From an uncultured Verrucomicrobiota bacterium (GTDB lineage: Bacteria; Verrucomicrobiota; Kiritimatiellia; CAIKKV01; CAITUY01), in the NCBI GenBank assembly GCA_964568965.1, contig CAZMSS010000001.1, positions 1 through 56,420 on the forward strand: 56,420 nucleotides of DNA, in the 5' to 3' direction. Both the position numbers and the translations under genes were made by a program. The notes under the pieces were generated by a model that searched no databases, had not been told where the DNA came from, and worked only from the letters and a program-made list of their open reading frames with translations. Below are positions 35,998 to 44,480 of the stretch, piece by piece. Each line of letters begins with the position of its first letter. Position 1 is the first letter of the stretch.

Positions 35998-37359
35998 TCA
36001 TCCTTTTTTGGCAACCGGCCGGCCGGCCATGAAGGCCTCCACGTCGTCCATTTCAAGCAGGGCGCCGGCGGTGAAGTTCTCGATGCCGTTTTTGGTGATC
36101 ACCACCGTGTCCTCGCACCGGATGTAAAGCTCCTCCTCCGGAATCCAGGTCATGGGATCCACGGACAACACCACGCCGGGCTCCAGGGGCTTGTCGCGGT
36201 AGGAGCAGGCGTCGTGCACCGCCAGCCCGACCGGATGGGAGAGGTGCGGCTTGAACACGAGCATGCGCCGGGCGGCCTGCTCGTAGATTTTCTTGGACCA
36301 CTTGGTCTTCCTGATGACCCGCTCCATCTTGTTGGCGGCCGCCTTGAGGACATCATCGGCCATGACGCCGGGGCGCAGGAGGGACAGCAGGGTTTTGTGA
36401 TACTGGATGATGAACCCGTAAAGCTCGCGTTGCCAGGGGGTGTACTTGCCGTTCACCGGCCAGATGCGGCCGATGTCGCTCGCGTAGTTGTTGTAGTCGG
36501 GGGCGCCGTCCATCAGGACGATATCGCCATCCTTCATGACGGCATTGTTGCGGCTGTAGTGTCCGAACTGCATGTTGCGCCCCGAGGCGACGATCGTGCT
36601 GTAGGCCTCGCCGGTCGCGCCGGCCGCGAGGAAGATGTGGCTGGCCTGGGCGGCGAGTTCGCGCTCGACCATGCCGGGCCGGGTGATGCGCATGGCTTCC
36701 ATGACGCCGAGCGCGGTCAGGCGGCCGGCTTCGCGCATGACGGCGATTTCACAGGGGCTCTTGACCCGGCGCATCCGCTCGATGATGGAGTCGATCTCCC
36801 TGATTTCAACGTTCGGCAAGCGTGTTTTCAGCAGGGCAATGAAATGCTGGCGGGGGGAAGGCCGTCCATCCCAGGGGTCTTCAGAACGCATTTTATCCAT
36901 GCGGATAGCCGTCCAGCGCGTCACAAAGGGCAGTTCGGCCGGCTTCTGGAAAACATGCAGGGTCTTGACGTCCTTGAGGAATCCGGAGAGTGCCTCGGGG
37001 CCGTAAACCTCGTCGACGCCGGTGAAGCGGCGGATCATGGCGTCATCTTCAGCGCCCAGTCCCACCTCATCCGGATGCTTGTCCGCCGGCCGGTGGGGAA
37101 TGAAGAGCCGGGTCTTGCGGTCGGTTCCCGACATCAGCAACAAGGCGTTGGGGATCTCCACGCCGCAGCAGTAGTAGAAATCGCTGGCCTGGCGGAAGCG
37201 GCCGCCGGCCTCCCCGGGCTCGCCGCGCAACAGCACATGGGCCCCGGCCCCGATCTCCTTGAAGATTGTCTTGCGGCGGGCTGTGAATTCCGCCGGCGGA
37301 AAGGCCTCGTTGAAGTAATACCGCGCCTGGGTCAGTGTAAGCGTCTTGGTCTTTGTCAT
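35998..37359 (-). CDS. M24B-family Xaa-Pro aminopeptidase/prolidase-like metallopeptidase
   Basis: The pita-bread ligand motifs are VLMDGAPDYNNYASDIGR (D, D), HLSHPVGLAVHD (H) and IRCEDTVVIT (E). The usual xEPG Glu position reads VLSVDPM, an Asp in my by-eye alignment. There is no signal peptide. Confidence 0.85.
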   Translation of the reverse strand: MTKTKTLTLTQARYYFNEAFPPAEFTARRKTIFKEIGAGAHVLLRGEPGEAGGRFRQASDFYYCCGVEIPNALLLMSGTDRKTRLFIPHRPADKHPDEVGLGAEDDAMIRRFTGVDEVYGPEALSGFLKDVKTLHVFQKPAELPFVTRWTAIRMDKMRSEDPWDGRPSPRQHFIALLKTRLPNVEIREIDSIIERMRRVKSPCEIAVMREAGRLTALGVMEAMRITRPGMVERELAAQASHIFLAAGATGEAYSTIVASGRNMQFGHYSRNNAVMKDGDIVLMDGAPDYNNYASDIGRIWPVNGKYTPWQRELYGFIIQYHKTLLSLLRPGVMADDVLKAAANKMERVIRKTKWSKKIYEQAARRMLVFKPHLSHPVGLAVHDACSYRDKPLEPGVVLSVDPMTWIPEEELYIRCEDTVVITKNGIENFTAGALLEMDDVEAFMAGRPVAKKG

Positions 37360-37405
37360 GCCCTTCTCCCTTTCATGATCGATTGCGTTGTGTTGTAGGT
37401 GAAAA

Positions 37406-38578
37406 CTATTTTCCGAAACGATGCTTCTTGACGGCGCCCTCGTCGAGCTGGACGCCGAGCCCGGGGCCTTCCGGGACGGGTATGCAGCCGTCCTCGAGGG
37501 GCAGGGACATCAGCCGGTCGTGGGGTGGAGCCAGCAGGCCGGTGTGGATGCCGATCTCGGTGAACTCGACGGCGTCGACCATCTTCACGGTGGATGCGGC
37601 GAGATGCAGTTTCGCCGCCCGCTCGATGCCGGTGCCGAACGCCGTGCCCAGGACGCACTGCAGGCCGGCCGCCTCGGCCAGGGCTGCGATCTTCTTGGCA
37701 TTGTAGAGGCCGCCCGCCTTGCCGATCTTGATGTTCAGCACGTCGGCCGCCTCGTGGCGGATGATCTGCATGGCGTCGTGAATCGTGTAGCAGCTTTCGT
37801 CGGCCTCGATCAGCGTGTCCACGGAACGCCGTACGCCGGCCATGCCCTGCAGGTCCCACGCCTGTACGGGCTGTTCGAGGAGGTCCAGGCCCACATCGTG
37901 CTTTTCGGCCAGCCGGCAGAGACGGATCGCCTCCTTGGGGGTATAGCCCTGGTTGGCGTCGGCACGCAAGGAGACGCCCTTGCCCACCGCTTCGCGGATG
38001 GCGCGCAGTCGGTCGGCATCCTTGTCCGGGTCGCCGCCGATTTTCGGCTTGAACGCGCGAACGCCCTGTTTCATGTATTTGACGCACTCGTTTGCCATGT
38101 CGTCGGGCGAACCGCCCGCGATTTCAATGGCCACGGGGATGCGCTTCTTGTGGGAGCCGCCGATGAGGGCGCTGACAGGGACGCCGAGGGCCTTGCCCAT
38201 CAGGTCGTGGAGCGCGAGGTCGAGACCGGCCTTGGCGCAGGAGTTTCCCCGGTAGTCGATATGGTGGATCAGGTATTCGCGGTCGAAGGGGTCCTTGCCG
38301 ACGAGTTGCGGCCCCAGGTAATCCTCCACGGCGGACTGGATCTCCTCGATTGTCTCGCCGAAGAACCCGATGTCGGCCGGCGCTTCCCCGATCCCGGTTG
38401 TGCCCGCGTCGGTCGCGATGTGGACCAGCAGGTATTCGAGGATCGGGGATGGGCGTTTAGGCGAGACACGGCTCAGGCGTCCACCCCACTCCCGCTTCGT
38501 CCCCGCGTTCTCCGAGTTGTAGAAGAACTGGGTGAGCGGGATGCGGACTGCGGTTGTGGTGACGGCGGTGATCTTCAT
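37406..38578 (-). CDS. Enolase-superfamily enzyme, MLE subgroup (dipeptide epimerase-like, e.g. L-Ala-D/L-Glu epimerase family)
   Basis: The KxK motif is FKPKIG. The metal ligands are in LRADANQGY, LLEQPV and IEADES. The second catalytic Lys is in NIKIGKAGG. Confidence 0.85.
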   Translation of the reverse strand: MKITAVTTTAVRIPLTQFFYNSENAGTKREWGGRLSRVSPKRPSPILEYLLVHIATDAGTTGIGEAPADIGFFGETIEEIQSAVEDYLGPQLVGKDPFDREYLIHHIDYRGNSCAKAGLDLALHDLMGKALGVPVSALIGGSHKKRIPVAIEIAGGSPDDMANECVKYMKQGVRAFKPKIGGDPDKDADRLRAIREAVGKGVSLRADANQGYTPKEAIRLCRLAEKHDVGLDLLEQPVQAWDLQGMAGVRRSVDTLIEADESCYTIHDAMQIIRHEAADVLNIKIGKAGGLYNAKKIAALAEAAGLQCVLGTAFGTGIERAAKLHLAASTVKMVDAVEFTEIGIHTGLLAPPHDRLMSLPLEDGCIPVPEGPGLGVQLDEGAVKKHRFGK

Positions 38579-38591
38579 GGCGTTCCTTTTT

Positions 38592-39626
38592 TCAGCTCTC
38601 CGTTGGCAACTCGTGGGCGTGCTCCATGAGCGTGGTCAGCAACTTGACCGTGGCATCCATGTCATCGGCGTGACACAGCTGCACCGTCGAATGCATATAG
38701 CGGACGGGTGCGCCGATGGTGGTGGCGATGACGCCCGCCCGGGACTGCTGGATGGCGCGGGCATCGGTTCCCCCGCCAATGTTCTTCTGGAAGGGAATCC
38801 GGTTCTTCTTGCACAGGTCGTACAGGAAACTCAACAGGCCGCGGTGGCCGATCGTCAGGTTGTCCACCAGGTAGATGCCCGTGCCCTTGCCCGGTTCGCA
38901 GAGGTTCTGGTGATTCTTGACGTAGGCGCCACGGGTCATGCTGCCGTCCAGGGCGATGCCGATGTCGGGATCGATGCCGAAGGCGGCGGGGGTCATGCCG
39001 CGCAGGCCGACTTCCTCCTGTACGGAGCTCACGGCGTAGACATCCACATGGGTTTCCTTCACCTGGCGCATGGCTTCGAGCAGGCAGTAGGTGCCGATGC
39101 GGTCGTCGAAGTTACGCCCCACCCACATCTTGCCGTTCAACAGCGAAACATCCTCGTCGAACGTGACGATGTCGCCCACATCGATGAGCTTGAGGAGATC
39201 CCGCTTGGACAACCCGGTGTCAATCAGCAGGTCATCGAGAACGGCGGCCTTTCCGTCGGGGCCGGCCGGCTTGGGGACCACGACCCCGCGCACGGGTTTC
39301 CGGCCGTGGATGATGACGCGCTGGGACTCGACAACCTGCGGGTTGAGGCCGCCCATCTGGATGAAGTGGATGAATCCCTCGTCGTTGATATGCTTGACCA
39401 TCATGCCGATTTCGTCGGCATGCGCGGCGAGCAGTAAACGGAGGGGGTGTTTCCCCTTGGCGGGCGGGCGGGTGGCCTTGCGGAGTCCGATGACGTTCCC
39501 CATCCGGTCTCGGCGCACCTCGTCGCAGCAGCCTCGCAGAACATCCATGGCTACCGCCTGCACCCCGTCCTCGAATCCGGACACTCCGGGGGCATTTCCC
39601 ACACTCTTGAGTAATTCGTGGTTCAT
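38592..39626 (-). CDS. M42-family metalloaminopeptidase (FrvX/glutamyl aminopeptidase-like)
   Basis: The N-terminus is APGVSGFEDGV and the motif LLAAHADEIGMMV is present. Length is about 344 aa. The sequence GGAG lies 9 nt upstream of the ATG. Confidence 0.88.
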   Translation of the reverse strand: MNHELLKSVGNAPGVSGFEDGVQAVAMDVLRGCCDEVRRDRMGNVIGLRKATRPPAKGKHPLRLLLAAHADEIGMMVKHINDEGFIHFIQMGGLNPQVVESQRVIIHGRKPVRGVVVPKPAGPDGKAAVLDDLLIDTGLSKRDLLKLIDVGDIVTFDEDVSLLNGKMWVGRNFDDRIGTYCLLEAMRQVKETHVDVYAVSSVQEEVGLRGMTPAAFGIDPDIGIALDGSMTRGAYVKNHQNLCEPGKGTGIYLVDNLTIGHRGLLSFLYDLCKKNRIPFQKNIGGGTDARAIQQSRAGVIATTIGAPVRYMHSTVQLCHADDMDATVKLLTTLMEHAHELPTES

Positions 39627-39667
39627 AGTATTTCTCCGCCGAAAACCTGTTTACTACAAAGCCCAGC

Positions 39668-39696
39668 ACAATAGCCGCTTATCATGCTGTTGTAAA
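39668..39696 (-). promoter_or_regulatory. Candidate sigma70-like promoter for the 11-gene minus-strand cluster
   Basis: On the minus strand: TTTACA (plus 39691-39696), a 17-nt spacer, then TATTGT (plus 39668-39673). It lies about 40 nt upstream of the M42 ATG. The promoter consensus for this lineage is unknown. Confidence 0.25.
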
Positions 39697-39846
39697 CCCA
39701 AGAACACGGGGCGCCTGATAGTTCTATTGCCGGATAATGCCAAAGACGTACCATGAAATACAATAATGCGGAAAGTGTGTCTGGCATGCTGTGTGCCGAT
39801 CACTTGAATGTGAAATAGTTCTGATCGAGCTTGACCGGAGACGCTT

Positions 39847-40905
39847 ATGTATCGCCAGTATTTCATTGATTTGACTCGCAAGGACGTCCGTGTACCCATT
39901 GGTGTTGACATGATTCTTCACAAGTACCCGGATGTGGATGCCATTCTCGACGATGGGGAGCGGATGGGTCAGGTTCTTCTGGAGGCGGCGGGGTTCTATA
40001 ACAGTCCGATTGTGATGCCCCACATGGACCTAATGCTCGAGAAGGATCATCTGCTTGCCCTGATGGGCGTTCCGGAAGCGGATCGCCCGGCCTATCATTT
40101 TCATGGTTGCCCCCCGGAAGCGATGGTCGCTGCATTCAAGTCCGGGATCAAAGGGCCACTGGGGCGCAGGATGGAAGCCCGGAACGAGGCCATCCGGTAT
40201 GTCGCAACCCATTCCACGCTCCTGCCCATGGGTATTTCGATCGGCCCCTTCTCCCTGATGACCAAGCTGCTGGCTGATCCTATTACCCCCATTTTCCTGC
40301 ATGGAGCGGGGGTTTCCGGTGATGACGATCCGGAGGTCAAGGCCGTGGAGGTCTGTCTGGAGCTTGCGCTGGCCGTGGTCTTGCGCGCCATTGAGGCTCA
40401 ACTGGATGCCGGGGCCAAGACGATTATCGTGGCCGAGCCGGCTGCCAATACCGTCTATCTCTCGCCCAAACAGATGGAGGAGGGGGCTGATATCTATGAC
40501 CGGTTTGTACTGGCCCCAAATAGGGTCATGCGCGAATTAGTGGCAGAACGTGGTGCTGCATTGATATTTCATGACTGTGGGGCGCTTACCCCGGAGATGA
40601 TCCGCAAGCTCGACACGTTGCGGCCCGAGGTATTCAGCTTCGGCAGTCCCGTGAACTTGTGGGAGGCGGCGGATCTGGTGTCGAAGGACACGGTTCTCTA
40701 CGGGAATCTCCCCTCCAAGCGGTTCATGTCGGACTCCCTGATCACGGTTGAGCAGGTGAAGGCCGCCTCCCGTGACCTGGTGGCGAGGATGCGGGACAAA
40801 CAGCATCCTTTCATGCTGGGCACGGAATGCGATGTTCTTTGCGTTCATGAACACAAGGAGACGATTGCCCGCAAGGTGGAAGCCTTCATGACCTGCGAGG
40901 TCTAG
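39847..40905 (+). CDS. Uroporphyrinogen-decarboxylase (URO-D/MtaA)-like family protein, second copy
   Basis: Length is 352 aa. It shows URO-D-fold-like landmarks: GISIGPFSLMTKLL (GPFT/SL motif), AGAKTIIVAEPAAN..LSP, IFHDCGA and LYGNLPS. Confidence 0.65.
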   Translation: MYRQYFIDLTRKDVRVPIGVDMILHKYPDVDAILDDGERMGQVLLEAAGFYNSPIVMPHMDLMLEKDHLLALMGVPEADRPAYHFHGCPPEAMVAAFKSGIKGPLGRRMEARNEAIRYVATHSTLLPMGISIGPFSLMTKLLADPITPIFLHGAGVSGDDDPEVKAVEVCLELALAVVLRAIEAQLDAGAKTIIVAEPAANTVYLSPKQMEEGADIYDRFVLAPNRVMRELVAERGAALIFHDCGALTPEMIRKLDTLRPEVFSFGSPVNLWEAADLVSKDTVLYGNLPSKRFMSDSLITVEQVKAASRDLVARMRDKQHPFMLGTECDVLCVHEHKETIARKVEAFMTCEV

Positions 40906-40968
40906 GAACCCAGGGGGGGGGGCTACGAAGACTTGTGCCGGCGCGGGCGGCCCTGCTATGCTCCGGTC

Positions 40969-42441
40969 ATGAGTAAGAAACCGAATATCCTGATGTTGTT
41001 CACGGACCAGCAGCGGTTTGACACCATTCATGCCCTGGGCAATCCCGTGATCAAGACTCCGGCGTTTGACAGCCTGTGCGCGGCAGGGGTGGCCTTCACC
41101 AGCGCCTATTCGCCCTCCCCGGTGTGCGTGCCGGCCCGGTGCAGCCTGATCTACGGGCAGTACCCCATGCGCACCCGGTGCTATGACAATAGCGATAAAA
41201 TGCCCGAGGACCGCCGGTCGTTCATGGATGTTCTGACCGAAGCGGGATACAGGACGCATGGCATCGGAAAATGCCACTACACGCCCGACAAGTTTGCCTT
41301 GCGCGGCTTCCAGACCCGGGAGGTACAGGAGGAATGCCCGGCCCGCGGCAGCGACGATTACATGAAGTTCCTTGAGCGGGAGGGGTATGGCGAGTTATTC
41401 GAACCGCACGGGGTGCGGGGTGAGATGTACTATGTGCCCCAGATCTCGCAGCTGCCCCCGAAACTGCACCCGACCCAGTGGGTGGGGGACCGGTCCCTCG
41501 CCTTTATTGAGGCGCAGAAAGGCAGTTCCCAGCCCTGGTTCCTCTATTCAAGTTATGTCCACCCGCATCCGCCCTTTGCGCCGCCGTCGCCCTGGCATAA
41601 GCTCTATCGCTCCTTCGATATGCCCCTGCCCAATGTGCCGCAGGATGTCGAGGCCCTGCATACTCATATCAACCGGGTGCAGAACCGCTACAAGGGTCGC
41701 GATCATGGCATCGACACGAATCTGCTGCGCAATATGAAGGCCCACTATTATGCCTGTATTTCCTTTGTCGACTTTCAGGTCGGGCGAATTCTCCAGGCCT
41801 TGAGGCAGCAGGGGCAACTCGAGAACACCCTGGTGCTGCTCTCGGCGGACCATGGTGAACATCTGGGCGACTACAACTGTTTCGGCAAGCGCAGCATGCA
41901 CGACAGTTGTGCGCGGGTGCCCCTGGTGATCTCCATGCCCGGACGGTTCGAGGGAGGCGTGCAGTGCTCCCAGCCCGCCAGCCTCATTGACGTGATGCCC
42001 ACCATCCTGGGCGCCGCGGGATGTGATGGCGGAGGCTTGACTCTCGACGGCGAGGATCTCCACGATGCGGTGCGGCAAAAATCCGGCCGCAAGGCGGTCT
42101 ACTCGCAGATCAGCACCCGGGAGGATGCGATTTACACCGCCGTCACGGATCGCTGGAAATACGCCTATAGCGCCCCTGACAACCAGGAGTTCCTGTTTGA
42201 CCGTGTTGTCGATCCCCTTGAGACGCGCAACCGCGCCGGTCTGCCGACCACGCGGGAGATTGTCAAATCACTACGCGAGCAGACGACCAGTTTTTTTGCC
42301 GCCTGCGGCGAAACCGATGCCGTGGACGGCAGCGGCTGGAAGGTCTACCCGAAGCGCACCATGCCCGCGGACCCGGATGCCGGATTCCTCACCCAGGACC
42401 CGCGGGGCTTTGTGCTGGACCTTCCCGGTTACACGGACTGA
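40969..42441 (+). CDS. Cys-type (formylglycine) sulfatase, no signal peptide
   Basis: The N-terminus is MSKKPNILMLFTDQQRFD. The sulfatase signature is SPVCVPARCSLIYG, with CVPAR encoded at 41125-41139. The region LSADHGEHLGD is also present. The start is trimmed from the track TTG at 40933. Confidence 0.9.
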   Translation: MSKKPNILMLFTDQQRFDTIHALGNPVIKTPAFDSLCAAGVAFTSAYSPSPVCVPARCSLIYGQYPMRTRCYDNSDKMPEDRRSFMDVLTEAGYRTHGIGKCHYTPDKFALRGFQTREVQEECPARGSDDYMKFLEREGYGELFEPHGVRGEMYYVPQISQLPPKLHPTQWVGDRSLAFIEAQKGSSQPWFLYSSYVHPHPPFAPPSPWHKLYRSFDMPLPNVPQDVEALHTHINRVQNRYKGRDHGIDTNLLRNMKAHYYACISFVDFQVGRILQALRQQGQLENTLVLLSADHGEHLGDYNCFGKRSMHDSCARVPLVISMPGRFEGGVQCSQPASLIDVMPTILGAAGCDGGGLTLDGEDLHDAVRQKSGRKAVYSQISTREDAIYTAVTDRWKYAYSAPDNQEFLFDRVVDPLETRNRAGLPTTREIVKSLREQTTSFFAACGETDAVDGSGWKVYPKRTMPADPDAGFLTQDPRGFVLDLPGYTD

Positions 42442-44435
42442 AGCTGAAGTTTGCTCCCCTGCCGGATAAACACCGGGATACGGGCGAGGGGTGCCTCGGC
42501 CTTGAAGATCGTTCCCCCCTTGTGCACCTTGCCGGTCCAGGCGCAACGCCAGGCCGTTCCGGACGGGAGATACACGGGGCGGGTGCGCACCCCCTCGGCA
42601 ACCACCGGTGCCACGACGAGGTCGGGGCCGAACAGGAACTGGTCCTCGACCTGCCAGGCCTTCTGGTCCTCCGGGAAGTCAACGAAGAGCGGGCGCATCG
42701 GCGGCAGGCCTGTCTTCTGAGCCACCTTCATCTGCTTCCTGATGTAGGGGCGCAGCCGTTCACGCAGGAACAGTTGGTCGCGCAGGATCCCGTAGACCTC
42801 CTCGCCGTAGGACCACACTTCGTTCGCGACATTCGGGTGATTGGGGTTGGCGATGGGGTCGCCGGGTTTCTCCCTGGCATTCTTGTGCCGCCGGATTCCG
42901 TGCACGCGGAGGATCGGGCAGAACACGCCATACTGGAACCAGCGCACCATCAGTTCGCGGAAGCTGGGGTCTTCAATATCGCCACCATAGAAGCCTCCGA
43001 TGTCGGTGGTCCACCAGGGGATGCCGCTCATGGCGATGTTGAGGCCGCCGGCAACCTGTCGCTGCAGGGAGTCGAAGGTGGAGGGGATGTCTGCCGACCA
43101 GACTGCGGCGCCGAAGCGCTGGCTGCCGATCCAGGCCGAGCGGCCGAGGGTCAGGATGGCGGTCTCGCCCGTTGACTTCAGGCCGTCGTGGAAAGCCTGG
43201 GCATGATGGAGCGGGTAGAGGCCCGAGACCTCCAGGCCGTTGCCCAGGTGGTAGCGGGTGTTGTCCTGTTCCAGCGGGCAGAGTTCAGGCTCCATGGTGT
43301 CCAGCCAGAACAGCTTGATGCCGTACTTGACGTACCCCTCCATGATCTGCTTCCACAGGTAGGTGCGCGCCTCGGGATTCGTGGAATCGTAGAAGGTCTG
43401 GATCACGCTGCCGTGATTGTCGGTGCTGTTGTTCTGGATGGAGAAGCCGCGCTCATTGCGGATGAGCAGGCCGTGCGCCTTCATGGGGGGGTAGTTCTTG
43501 CAGGACACGTTGACGGTCGGCCACACCGACACCATCAGTTCGATGCCCATCTCCTTGAGTTCCTTCACCATGGCGGCGGGATCAGGCCAGCACTCCGGAT
43601 CGAAGGTCCAGTCGCCCATCTGGCGCCAGTGGTGGAAGTCGATGATGATGACGGAGATCGGCAGCTTGCGCCGCTTGTATTCGCGGGCTACTTCCATCAG
43701 TTCGTTCTGGGTCTTGTAGCGGAGCTTGCACTGCCAGAACCCAGACGCCCATTCCGGGAACTCCGAGGGAAACCCGGTAACTTCAGCGTAGCGGGTGAGC
43801 AGGGCAGCCGGCGTCTTGTCGATCACGATGTAGTAGTCGATCTGTTGCGCGGATTCGGCAATCCAGCGGGTGTCGTTCCGGCCGAGGTCGACACGGCCGA
43901 CGCCGGGGTGGTTCCAGAGGAACCCGTAACCCTCGCTGGAGATCAGGAACGGGATCGAGACTTCGGTATTGCGGTGCATCAGGTCGAGCACGCACCCCTT
44001 CTGGTCGAGGAAGCCATGCTGGCGCTGCCCCATCCCGTAGAACCGTTCGCCCTCCCTGGCGAAGAAGCGCTGGTCGATATGCCAGGTTCCGTTGCGGGGG
44101 GTGAAAGTGCGGCCGTGGTATTCGGCGGTGGTCCTGGCACGTTCCGTCAGCAGGGGTTTGCCGTCGGAATTGCGGATGAAGGTCAGCTGGGCGCCGGCGG
44201 AGAGTTTCACGGTCAGCTCGCCGTTGACGAGCGTGGACTCCTGCTCCCCGATTGTGATTTTCACCTTGCCGCCCGGGGGCGGGGGTGTCAGCAGTCCGCC
44301 GGGTGTATCCTTGAAAGAAGCCTGTTTGGTGACCCGGACCCGGGCGCCATTTTTGCCCCAGGGTACGATCCAAATGCTCTCATTGTTCTTCTTCCACAAC
44401 AGTCCGTTGCCATCTCGCGAGGTAAATTCGTTCAT
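42429..44435 (-). CDS. GH31-family alpha-glycosidase (alpha-xylosidase-like), paralog 2, no signal peptide
   Basis: Motifs are KLFWLDTMEPE, VWSADIPSTF and WTTDIGGF. The start at 44435 (MNEFTSRDGNG) aligns with MNQFRQEGN of paralog 1; the track start is 44456. The 3' end overlaps the convergent sulfatase gene by 13 nt. Confidence 0.9.
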   Translation of the reverse strand: MNEFTSRDGNGLLWKKNNESIWIVPWGKNGARVRVTKQASFKDTPGGLLTPPPPGGKVKITIGEQESTLVNGELTVKLSAGAQLTFIRNSDGKPLLTERARTTAEYHGRTFTPRNGTWHIDQRFFAREGERFYGMGQRQHGFLDQKGCVLDLMHRNTEVSIPFLISSEGYGFLWNHPGVGRVDLGRNDTRWIAESAQQIDYYIVIDKTPAALLTRYAEVTGFPSEFPEWASGFWQCKLRYKTQNELMEVAREYKRRKLPISVIIIDFHHWRQMGDWTFDPECWPDPAAMVKELKEMGIELMVSVWPTVNVSCKNYPPMKAHGLLIRNERGFSIQNNSTDNHGSVIQTFYDSTNPEARTYLWKQIMEGYVKYGIKLFWLDTMEPELCPLEQDNTRYHLGNGLEVSGLYPLHHAQAFHDGLKSTGETAILTLGRSAWIGSQRFGAAVWSADIPSTFDSLQRQVAGGLNIAMSGIPWWTTDIGGFYGGDIEDPSFRELMVRWFQYGVFCPILRVHGIRRHKNAREKPGDPIANPNHPNVANEVWSYGEEVYGILRDQLFLRERLRPYIRKQMKVAQKTGLPPMRPLFVDFPEDQKAWQVEDQFLFGPDLVVAPVVAEGVRTRPVYLPSGTAWRCAWTGKVHKGGTIFKAEAPLARIPVFIRQGSKLQLQSV

Positions 44436-44480
44436 CGAAAAAAAATATAGACTCATCGCGGAAAAGTCAACGGCGCCGCG

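Noticed and set aside
35950-38629. Plus-strand ORFs of 482 aa (35950..37398) and 402 aa (37421..38629) over the M24 and enolase-superfamily genes
   Set aside because: Both are antisense shadows. The minus-strand products have complete catalytic motif sets, and the plus-strand products have none.
39718-39822. Direct repeat ATAGTTCT (39718-39725 and 39815-39822) in the divergent promoter region upstream of the 11-gene cluster
   Set aside because: An 8-mer occurring twice within ~220 bp of relatively AT-rich DNA is not statistically compelling, and there is no supporting symmetry.
43188-44450. 420-aa ORF antisense to GH31 paralog 2; likewise 11823..12506 and 13017..13532 over paralog 1
   Set aside because: These are low-complexity shadows opposite well-supported GH31 coding sequence.
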